Shown here piece after piece: positions 36,234 to 43,855 of a DNA stretch of 64,000 bases; the first letter of the stretch is position 1; each line of letters begins with the position of its first letter. The stretch covers positions 188,224 through 252,223 of the forward strand of contig JAEUIE010000044.1 of NCBI GenBank assembly GCA_016795155.1. The letters run 5' to 3'. The position numbers were made by a program, and so were the translations under genes. The stretch is from Planctomycetia bacterium. GTDB taxonomy: Bacteria; Planctomycetota; Planctomycetia; Gemmatales; HRBIN36. The notes beneath the pieces are model-generated. The model had not been told where the DNA came from, did not search any database, and saw nothing but the letters and a program-made list of their open reading frames with translations.

Positions 36234-37609
36234 GTGATCTCCTTTCGTACCGTGCTGCCATCTTTGACGGCAAGCTTCAAATCATAATGCCCGAAGGTAA
36301 AGGCTGATTTCGGCACCGTGACCAGCACCGCATGCGTGTTCAGCTCCAAGGGCCTGGCCAGCCAGGGCTGACCAACTGCTTCGAGTTTCACTTCATCTTT
36401 CTTGACAGCACCAGTATCGAGCAGTTCCAGGGTGTAGCTGCGATCTTCCTGTTCACGATTCACGAGTTTGATCTGAAAAGTGTTCTGTACCGTGCCCTCA
36501 GCCGTCACAGTAAATGGACTGCCTAGTGTCCGCAGAACGGTAACATCCACAGGAGCACGCCGGCTCAGCACAATGACAAAGGCTGATACTGCAATCAACA
36601 GCAGCAGCGGATAGATCACCACGCGTGGGCGCAGCTTCTTGTGAGGTAATCCTTCGATGGCTTCTTGGCAGGAGTAACGAATCAGCCCGCGAGGTTTGTT
36701 GATCTTGTCCATGATCTCATCGCAGGCATCGATGCACTGCGTACAGTGGACGCATTCCATCTGCAGGCCCTGACGAATATCGATACCGGTAGGACACGTA
36801 CGTACACATAATCCGCAATCGATGCAGTCACCCTGGGTTCGTTCCGCCAACTGCAACTCGGTGCGAAGCTTGCCACGCGGTTCGCCCCGTTTCACATCGT
36901 AAGCCACAATCAGCGATTGCTTGTCGAGTAGAACCGATTGCAGCCTTCCGTAAGGGCATGCCACCAGACAGGTCTGTTCCCGAAAGTAGCCGAAGTCAAA
37001 AAGCATCAGCCCGGTGACGACCGCCATCACCATGAAGGCAACAGGATGGTTGAAGGGAGAGCCCAGGATCCAATGGCTGAGTTGATCTACACCAACGAAA
37101 TAGGCAAGAAACGTATGTGCCAGCAGCATTGAGACCATCAGATAGGCAACAAACTTCAGACTGCGTCGCCAGCCCGGTGTCAGCGAGGAGGGCTTGCCCC
37201 CCTTACCCATGGTACCATCAAAGAACCGTTCGATGGGGCGAAACACATATTCGAGATACACCGTCTGTGGACAGGCCCAGCCGCACCAGACCCGGCCATA
37301 CAGTGCCGTCAGCAGGAAGATGGTCAGAAACACGGAGACCATGAACAGCGCCAAAAGCAGCGTATCTGTCGGCAACAGCGTCAGACCGAAAAACGAAAAC
37401 TGCCGATGCAGCAGATCGAGCAGGATGGCTGGCTTGCCATTGATCTTCCAATGGGGAAGCAGCACAAAGAGGATGATCAGCCCGTACCCGACAAGACGCC
37501 GAGCATGCCAGTATCGTCCCGGAGAAAGACGAGGATAGAGCCAGCGGCGTGATCCATCTTTCTCCAGCGTCGAGAGGACATGTTCTTCAGGTTGCAGCAG
37601 GGCTGACAT
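36212..37609 (-). CDS. ccoG: cbb3 oxidase accessory 4Fe-4S protein CcoG/FixG
   Basis: 465 aa. CGWACPQTV, CIDCGLCVRTCP, CVHCTQCIDAC ferredoxin clusters, TM helices and C-terminal Ig-like domain. Confidence 0.9.
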   Translation of the reverse strand: MSALLQPEEHVLSTLEKDGSRRWLYPRLSPGRYWHARRLVGYGLIILFVLLPHWKINGKPAILLDLLHRQFSFFGLTLLPTDTLLLALFMVSVFLTIFLLTALYGRVWCGWACPQTVYLEYVFRPIERFFDGTMGKGGKPSSLTPGWRRSLKFVAYLMVSMLLAHTFLAYFVGVDQLSHWILGSPFNHPVAFMVMAVVTGLMLFDFGYFREQTCLVACPYGRLQSVLLDKQSLIVAYDVKRGEPRGKLRTELQLAERTQGDCIDCGLCVRTCPTGIDIRQGLQMECVHCTQCIDACDEIMDKINKPRGLIRYSCQEAIEGLPHKKLRPRVVIYPLLLLIAVSAFVIVLSRRAPVDVTVLRTLGSPFTVTAEGTVQNTFQIKLVNREQEDRSYTLELLDTGAVKKDEVKLEAVGQPWLARPLELNTHAVLVTVPKSAFTFGHYDLKLAVKDGSTVRKEITCRLLGP

Positions 37610-37621
37610 GATATTTCCTGC

Positions 37622-38191
37622 TTACTTCCAGGGTGGAATGGGGTTGCCTTCTGCAGCTTTGGCACCAGGCGGGTTGGATCCCCGCAGCGATGCCACATAG
37701 GCGCTCACCAACACCAGCTCGTTTGGATGCAGCCTATTCTTCCACGCAGGCATGGCCTGATTATTCGCACCGTTGGCTACCACAGTAGCAATATCCTCGA
37801 TAACTTTGACGTTTTTCCACTGCTCATCGGTCAGATTGGGGCCCACTTTGCCTTCACCCTTGTCACCATGACAGGAAACACAGTTGGACTTGTACACAAT
37901 CTCACCCACGGTACGCCATTTTGTATCATCCATGTATTTCAGAATGGTCGCGCGATCGGGCGTAAGTGTGCCGATCTCTGAAAATCGTATGCGAAGATCT
38001 TCCGCAACCTCTGCCGTGTAGCCATCGAGCGCAGATCGACCAGGTTCATTCGTATGGTAATAAACCCAATATCCAATGCTGAAGAAGATGCTGGCCACAA
38101 ACAGCCAGGTCCACCAGCCTGGAAGTGGATTGTCATACTCCTGGATCCCATCATACAGGTGATCCATGGGTTGTTGAGCTTGCTCACTCAT
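37622..38191 (-). CDS. ccoP: cbb3 oxidase subunit III (CcoP), mono-heme form
   Basis: 189 aa. FixP_N-type start DGIQEYDNPLPGWWTWLF, TM, a single CVSCH heme-c site with distal Met (NQAMPAW). Confidence 0.85.
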   Translation of the reverse strand: MSEQAQQPMDHLYDGIQEYDNPLPGWWTWLFVASIFFSIGYWVYYHTNEPGRSALDGYTAEVAEDLRIRFSEIGTLTPDRATILKYMDDTKWRTVGEIVYKSNCVSCHGDKGEGKVGPNLTDEQWKNVKVIEDIATVVANGANNQAMPAWKNRLHPNELVLVSAYVASLRGSNPPGAKAAEGNPIPPWK

Positions 38192-38367
38192 GCTCGGCGT
38201 ACCTCCGTGCCATCATTCAGTGGAATGCTGGCGTTGGCATGGGCTTCGGTCTTCCGCACGAAAAGCAGCGTGCGAATGGTGACAGCGAGAAATACCAGGA
38301 AGAACAGGATGAGCGCTGCTTCAGCACAGAAGGAGGCATCCAGATACTTCATCAAATCACGGATCAT
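38188..38367 (-). CDS. ccoQ: CcoQ/FixQ-like small membrane subunit (not in supplied ORF track)
   Basis: Hand translation: MIRDLMKYLDASFCAEAALILFFLVFLAVTIRTLLFVRKTEAHANASIPLNDGTEVRRA (59 aa, one TM). Starts 10 nt after the ccoNO stop. Its TGA overlaps the ccoP ATG (ATGA). Confidence 0.65.
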   Translation of the reverse strand: MIRDLMKYLDASFCAEAALILFFLVFLAVTIRTLLFVRKTEAHANASIPLNDGTEVRRA

Positions 38368-38376
38368 GTTCTCTCC

Positions 38377-40662
38377 TTACTTGGCAGCTACCTTTTTGCT
38401 CTCCGGAGTGGCAGGCTTGACGGGTGGCGTTTCAGGCTGCTCCACACCGAGCCGCTGCAGGTAAGCAATGATCGCCACCAGTTGTGTGCGCTCCAGGTTC
38501 TTCGGCAGACTGCCCTGCCCTCCGTTTTGTTGAATGATGTCATTAGCGATCTGCTTGGCCTGAGCCAACGCGATCGTCTCGGTATTCTCTATATCGGTTG
38601 GCCTGTAAGCCTGTCCTCCTGCCAGGAAATTATGTGCCCGCACACGTTCAGGCAGTGTCTTGAAATTCAACTCCGTTTGTTCGAAGGATGGATAAGCTGG
38701 CATGATCGAACCGGGGCTGGTATTCGTCGGGTTGCGGAAGTGAGTCGTGTGCCAGAGTGCATTCTGGGCTCCACCTTCACGAGCCAGATCAGGACCAATA
38801 CGGCGGGAACCCCACTGGAACGGATGGTCATACACGAACTCGCCTGGCTTGGAGTAGGGGCCGTACCGCTTGGTCTCCGCCAGGATAGGACGGATCATCT
38901 GTGAATGACAGTTGTAGCAGCCATTGGCGATGTAGAGATCGCGCCCCGCCAGTTCGAGCGGCGTGTATGGCTTCACCCCAGGCAGTGCTGGAATGTTTGA
39001 ACGAATGAGGAACGAGGGCACCAGTTCAAACAGCGTCGCTGCCACCACCGCAATCACCACCCAGACCGTGAACTTCAACGGCAGACGTTCCCAGCGGCGA
39101 TGCCACCACAGCGTCGACCATACATCAATCTTCTTGCCCATCTCCAGCACTGCTTCCAGCTTGGATTCAGGTGCAGGATCATCAACATAGTTACTGGTCA
39201 ACCGGGGGGCAGTGTAAACTGGTTCCTCGTAAACAGCGGGCCGAGCCATCCAGGTACGAATGAAGTTGTATAGACAGAGCACCGCACCCAGCAAAAACAG
39301 CAAGCCACCACCCACACGAATCCAGTACATCGGCATCAGCACCTGCACGGTTTCGATGAACTTGGGGTACATCAGATTGCCCTGCTCATCGATGGCCCGC
39401 CACATCAAACCCTGAGTCAATCCCGCAACATAGATGGGCACGATGTACAGCAGGATACCAATGGTGCCGAGCCAGAAGTGCCATTCCGCCAGTTTCTTGC
39501 TGTAGAGTTTGGTCTGGAAGATACGGGGTAGCAGCCAGTAGATCATGCCGAAAGTCATCATGCCATTCCAGCCAAGCGCCCCGCCATGCACATGGGCGAT
39601 CGTCCAGTCGGTGTAGTGGGACAAAGCATTGACTGACTTGATCGAAAGCACAGGGCCTTCAAAAGTAGCCATGCCATAAAAGGTGATTCCCACCACGAAG
39701 AACTTTAAAACAACATCTTCGGTGACTTTCTTCCAGGCCCCTCGGAGCGTGAGAAGCCCGTTGATCATGCCACCCCACGATGGCATCCAGAGCATCAGCG
39801 AAAAGAGCATGCCCAACGTCGTGCACCACTCCGGCGTGGCGGTGTAGTGCAAGTGGTGCGGGCCAGCCCAGATGTAAATGAAAACCAGCGACCAGAAGTG
39901 AATAATGCTGAGTTTGTACGAGAACACTGGACGTTCTGCGGCCTTGGGCAGGAAGTAGTACATCAGCCCAAGGAATGGAGTTGTCAGGAAAAACGCCACC
40001 GCATTGTGTCCATACCACCACTGCATGAAGGCATCCTGCACACCTGCGTAAATTGAATAACTTTGAAACAGCCCAACAGGTACCACCAGGCTGTTGAACA
40101 CATGCAGCACCGCAACAGTCACAATCGTGGCAATGTAGAACCAGAGTGCGACATACATGTGCCGTTCACGCCGGGTAGCCAATGTCATGAAAAAGTTCAC
40201 GCCGAAGAAACCGACCCAGACCACAGCAATGGCAAGATCAATCGGCCATTCCAGCTCGGCATATTCTTTACTTTGAGTGATTCCCAGAGGCAGCGTGATG
40301 GCCGCTGCTACGATGATAAGTTGCCAGCCATAAAAGTGAAGCCAACTGAGCGTATCGCTCCACATGCGGGCCTTGCACAGTCGTTGCGTGGAGTAGTAGA
40401 CCGCGGCAAAGATGGCGTTGCCACCGAAGGCGAAGATGGCGGCATTGGTATGCAGTGGGCGCAATCTGCCAAACGAGGTGAACGTCCAGCCCAGGTTCAG
40501 GGCCGGCACTACCAGTTGCAGGGCGATGATCACTCCGACCAGCATTGCCACCACCGCCCATACACAGGTGATGAGCGCGAAGGCTCGCACTATCTTGTCG
40601 TCGTATTTAAACTCTTCGAGTGTAACAGCAGGCGATTGAGCAGCGGATTGGCTCATGTACAC
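38377..40662 (-). CDS. ccoNO: Fused cbb3-type cytochrome c oxidase subunits I and II (CcoN-CcoO)
   Basis: 761 aa. Heme-copper subunit I helices with WAGPHHLHY, HVHGGALGW, HFWLG His ligands. C-terminal third has a TM + CYNCHSQMIRP heme-c motif of CcoO. Confidence 0.93.
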   Translation of the reverse strand: MYMSQSAAQSPAVTLEEFKYDDKIVRAFALITCVWAVVAMLVGVIIALQLVVPALNLGWTFTSFGRLRPLHTNAAIFAFGGNAIFAAVYYSTQRLCKARMWSDTLSWLHFYGWQLIIVAAAITLPLGITQSKEYAELEWPIDLAIAVVWVGFFGVNFFMTLATRRERHMYVALWFYIATIVTVAVLHVFNSLVVPVGLFQSYSIYAGVQDAFMQWWYGHNAVAFFLTTPFLGLMYYFLPKAAERPVFSYKLSIIHFWSLVFIYIWAGPHHLHYTATPEWCTTLGMLFSLMLWMPSWGGMINGLLTLRGAWKKVTEDVVLKFFVVGITFYGMATFEGPVLSIKSVNALSHYTDWTIAHVHGGALGWNGMMTFGMIYWLLPRIFQTKLYSKKLAEWHFWLGTIGILLYIVPIYVAGLTQGLMWRAIDEQGNLMYPKFIETVQVLMPMYWIRVGGGLLFLLGAVLCLYNFIRTWMARPAVYEEPVYTAPRLTSNYVDDPAPESKLEAVLEMGKKIDVWSTLWWHRRWERLPLKFTVWVVIAVVAATLFELVPSFLIRSNIPALPGVKPYTPLELAGRDLYIANGCYNCHSQMIRPILAETKRYGPYSKPGEFVYDHPFQWGSRRIGPDLAREGGAQNALWHTTHFRNPTNTSPGSIMPAYPSFEQTELNFKTLPERVRAHNFLAGGQAYRPTDIENTETIALAQAKQIANDIIQQNGGQGSLPKNLERTQLVAIIAYLQRLGVEQPETPPVKPATPESKKVAAK

Positions 40663-40701
40663 AAGTCCTTGCTAGGGCAACGAACAACCATGCAGGGAGG
40701 A

Positions 40702-40717
40702 AGCAACTTGTGTACCA
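40702..40717 (-). promoter_or_regulatory. Sigma54 (-24/-12) promoter candidate upstream of ccoNO
   Basis: Minus strand reads TGGTACACAAGTTGCT versus consensus TGGCACG-N4-TTGCW. GG and GC have the exact 12-nt register. -12 GC lies about 40 nt upstream of the ccoNO ATG. Confidence 0.6.
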
Positions 40718-40749
40718 AATCATTACAGGCTGGTTTTCAAGGGGTCGGG

Positions 40750-40786
40750 GTGTGCGACCTCTCCATACCTGTGCGGCATCGCACAC
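40750..40786. promoter_or_regulatory. Inverted repeat GTGTGCGA-N21-TCGCACAC (UAS or terminator candidate)
   Basis: Perfect 8-bp arms at 40750-40757 and 40779-40786, abutting the EBP stop codon and centred ~50 nt upstream of the -24 element. Confidence 0.35.
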
Positions 40787-42126
40787 TACCAAGATGTGAT
40801 GCCATGCTTTTCCAATAACCGGTACAGCGAACGGCGAGTAATACCCAGTGACTGGGCTGCCTGCGATTTATTGCCCTGTGATCGCTGCATCGCTTCGATG
40901 ACCTTGCGGCGGGTCATATCTCCAAGTACCAGCGATTCCTGAGAAGTGACGATGGTGGCTGCATCGCTGGTTTCCACCACTTCTGGCGGGAAGTTTTTCA
41001 GTTCAATTAGATTGTCTTCCGCCAATATCTTCGCCCGTTCGATGGCGTTTCTAAGTTGTCTTATATTGCCCGGCCAATCATACTGAAGCAGTGCTGGAAC
41101 AACGTTCTCCGCGACACGCCAGCCGTTACCCAGGAAATGATGAAACAGCAGCGGGAGATCACCGGTACGTTCCCTCAATGGCGGCAAATGCAGTGTCAGC
41201 AGATTGATGCGATAAAAAAGATCTTCCCGAAACCGTCCGGCTTTGACTTCAGCCGATAAATCGCGATTAGTGGCAGCAATCAACCGTACGGTCACTCGGC
41301 GTTCCTTGATGGAACCAACTCGTCGCAAGCTGCCGTCTTCCAGAATTCGCAACAGCTTGGGTTGAAGAGTCGGGCTCAGTTCGCCTATCTCGTCTATAAA
41401 CAAGGTGCCACCGTCTGCCACCTCGAACAGACCGGGCTTTGCAGAAGCTGCACCGGTAAATGCCCCTTTCTCATGTCCAAACAGTTCACTTTCCAGAAGC
41501 TGATCCGGCAAGGCGGCACAGTTGATGGTGACCAGCGGCTGTGATGCCAGCGGACTGGCAGCCACCAAAGCCCGTGCCACCAGTTCCTTGCCTGTTCCGC
41601 TTTCACCCTGAATGAGTACGGGTTTGTCAGTTGGGCCCATGCGTTGAATCAGCCGTTGTACCTGCTGCATCGCTACTGATTCGCCGATCAACTCGACCCC
41701 AGGCTGCCTTTTTCTGATCAATTCCCTGAGGTGTTGATTCTCCCTTTCAATCTTTCTCTGATGCAGTTGCCTTTCAAGAACTGCCTGCAGTTCAGCCAGA
41801 CGAACGGGTTTTTGAAGGAAATCGACTGCTCCGCACTTCATGGCCTCAACAGCAAGGGGAATCGTACCCTGCCCCGACATCATCACGACTGCACAGTCGT
41901 GGTTTCTTTCCTGCAGTAGTTTGAGAAAATCCATGCCCGTTTGTTCTGGCATAAAGTAATCGACTATTGCACAGGCTACATCTTTCTCAACAAGATATTT
42001 CAACCCTTCCTGAACAGAACCAACCGACAGCACCTGATAACCAAGTCGGATAAGGTTGCGTGCCACTTGTTCGCGCAAATCAGGGTCATCATCAATAAGC
42101 AGCAACTCAGCAGAATGCAACGGCAT
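40786..42126 (-). CDS. Sigma54-dependent enhancer-binding response regulator (NtrC family)
   Basis: Receiver (LLLIDDDPD.., AIVDYFMP), AAA+ core [14 protein letters not shown] loop, C-terminal Fis-type HTH. ATG at 42126 preferred. The track ORF starts at a TTG at 42192. Confidence 0.9.
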   Translation of the reverse strand: MPLHSAELLLIDDDPDLREQVARNLIRLGYQVLSVGSVQEGLKYLVEKDVACAIVDYFMPEQTGMDFLKLLQERNHDCAVVMMSGQGTIPLAVEAMKCGAVDFLQKPVRLAELQAVLERQLHQRKIERENQHLRELIRKRQPGVELIGESVAMQQVQRLIQRMGPTDKPVLIQGESGTGKELVARALVAASPLASQPLVTINCAALPDQLLESELFGHEKGAFTGAASAKPGLFEVADGGTLFIDEIGELSPTLQPKLLRILEDGSLRRVGSIKERRVTVRLIAATNRDLSAEVKAGRFREDLFYRINLLTLHLPPLRERTGDLPLLFHHFLGNGWRVAENVVPALLQYDWPGNIRQLRNAIERAKILAEDNLIELKNFPPEVVETSDAATIVTSQESLVLGDMTRRKVIEAMQRSQGNKSQAAQSLGITRRSLYRLLEKHGITSW

Positions 42127-42157
42127 GGCAGGCTCGAACGAATTTGATACTGCTACT

Positions 42158-42526
42158 CTATGAAGAAGCGGTAGCAGCGATAGCTGCTTCAAAATCTTGC
42201 CGTTTCACGGGCTTGCGAAGATAGGACCAGGCTACCTGTGCATCATCGGGCGGAAATTGGCCTGACAGTTGATAAGCCGATATGAGAATCGTCGGAATGG
42301 GATGCGTTTTCCAGATTTCACGGATTGCCTGTTCGCCATCGAGTTGTGGCATCCGCACATCGCTGATGATCAAGTCCGGGTGTAATCGTTGACAGGCTTC
42401 CACCAGAGCCGTTCCGTTGTCGACCGCTGCCACCACTTCGTGGCCCAGTCGTTTAATGACTTTGCTGTAGTGATCGCGTATCTCCGCTTCATCGTCGGCG
42501 ATAGCGATCCGCAGGTGACGGGCCAT
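42158..42526 (-). CDS. Stand-alone response-regulator receiver protein
   Basis: 122 aa. IAIADDE, phospho-acceptor context LIISDVRMP, conserved K region (ILISAY). Confidence 0.85.
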   Translation of the reverse strand: MARHLRIAIADDEAEIRDHYSKVIKRLGHEVVAAVDNGTALVEACQRLHPDLIISDVRMPQLDGEQAIREIWKTHPIPTILISAYQLSGQFPPDDAQVAWSYLRKPVKRQDFEAAIAATASS

Positions 42527-43715
42527 GGTTCTCTCGAGGCAGAATCACACGAAACTCCGCACCAGGCAGATTTGCAGGTCCCAAATGGAGTTGTCCGCCA
42601 TGTGCTTCGACAATGCGATGTGCAATTGCCATGCCTAATCCGGTACCTTTGCTTTTCGTCGTAAAAAACGGTTCAAAAACATGCTGGCGTGCGGATTCGC
42701 TCAACCCTGGCCCATTGTCTCGCACACGCACTTCCACCATGGGCTGCTCTTCCCGTTCCAGAGAGCGGATTTCTAAATCTATTTCCACTGGATCAGAACA
42801 AGCTGCCAAAGAATTCTCAAAAAAATTACGCAGAAGTTGCTGCAACCGAAACGGATCGTAGCTGCCTTCTTCCATTCCAGGCTCAATAGTCAGATTTAAT
42901 TTCGCCTGCCTGCCAAGCTTAGGAAGCGATAGGCTCTCCCATGCCTGCTCTACCATGTTCCGCCAATAAACTTTTTCTTTCTCCAACACAATAGGGGCCG
43001 CATAATTCTGCACTTCAGTCAACAGCCTGGTAAGATCATCCTGCGCTACACTCAATCGACTCAAGTCCTGTTGAACTTCCTTATTACCTTCCAGGTCAAG
43101 CTCCAGACTTTCCGTGGAAGCCCGCATACGCTGCAAAGCATTACGTGCCTCATGGGCCAGTCCCGTAATCATCTGGCCAATGGAAGCCAGACGCTCATCC
43201 TGCTTTGCTTGTGTCCTCTGTCTGATTTGAAGCTCTGCTTCGTATGCGGCAGAAATAAGCGCCAGATCAATATCAAGAAGCTTGTGCAGTGTTATCAAGC
43301 ATTGTCTCAGTTGAGGCAGATCTTTTTTCAGTTCCTCCAGGAGTACGCACTGCATCTGCATACGCAAACGTCCATGAGCTATATTGACATATGTTTGATC
43401 CAGCCCGATCTCCACATGACGATATCCTACCTGCCAGCGTCGCTGGATGTACTCGTTGTCGTATTCACCAGCCAGCAATTCCTTCAGCCACTTCTCCAGG
43501 CTGATTTTCAGTCGGGCAATCTGCTGATCACCACCAACAATAACCTGGGCAACTTTGGGATGACGCACAATTTCACTGTAGAAATCTTCAACGAAAACCT
43601 GGCTGAAAGGCATTAACAGGTTGTTTAACTCTTTGACAGTCTGGCTGTCCTGTGGTGACCAGTTAATGTAACGCTTCAGCAGATCATACTTTTCGAAGAT
43701 GAATTGATGGATCAT
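42489..43715 (-). CDS. Globin-coupled sensor histidine kinase (soluble)
   Basis: 408 aa, no TM. N-terminal ~150 aa match the sensor-globin pattern (VEDFYSEIVRHP..; RRWQVGYRHVEIGL with candidate proximal His100). H-box LAHEARNAL (His188). HATPase N/G boxes (RDNGPGL, GTGLGMA). Confidence 0.8.
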   Translation of the reverse strand: MIHQFIFEKYDLLKRYINWSPQDSQTVKELNNLLMPFSQVFVEDFYSEIVRHPKVAQVIVGGDQQIARLKISLEKWLKELLAGEYDNEYIQRRWQVGYRHVEIGLDQTYVNIAHGRLRMQMQCVLLEELKKDLPQLRQCLITLHKLLDIDLALISAAYEAELQIRQRTQAKQDERLASIGQMITGLAHEARNALQRMRASTESLELDLEGNKEVQQDLSRLSVAQDDLTRLLTEVQNYAAPIVLEKEKVYWRNMVEQAWESLSLPKLGRQAKLNLTIEPGMEEGSYDPFRLQQLLRNFFENSLAACSDPVEIDLEIRSLEREEQPMVEVRVRDNGPGLSESARQHVFEPFFTTKSKGTGLGMAIAHRIVEAHGGQLHLGPANLPGAEFRVILPRENHGPSPADRYRRR

Positions 43716-43855
43716 ATCGTTCCCTGATCACCAGCCAAAATTACTTTCGAAATATCAGATTCGGTACGGTCACTCTATCAGTATTCTTCCCTGATCACAT
43801 TCAGATTTCTGGTATGCACCTGAAAAATGTACTTCACACTTCGACTCGAATCATT

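Noticed and set aside
38125-38904. 259-aa plus-strand ORF (and the 251-aa ORF at 40063-40818)
   Set aside because: Both lie entirely antisense to the strongly supported ccoNO gene. They have Arg/His/Gly-rich, low-complexity translations and no recognisable motifs, so they are shadow ORFs.
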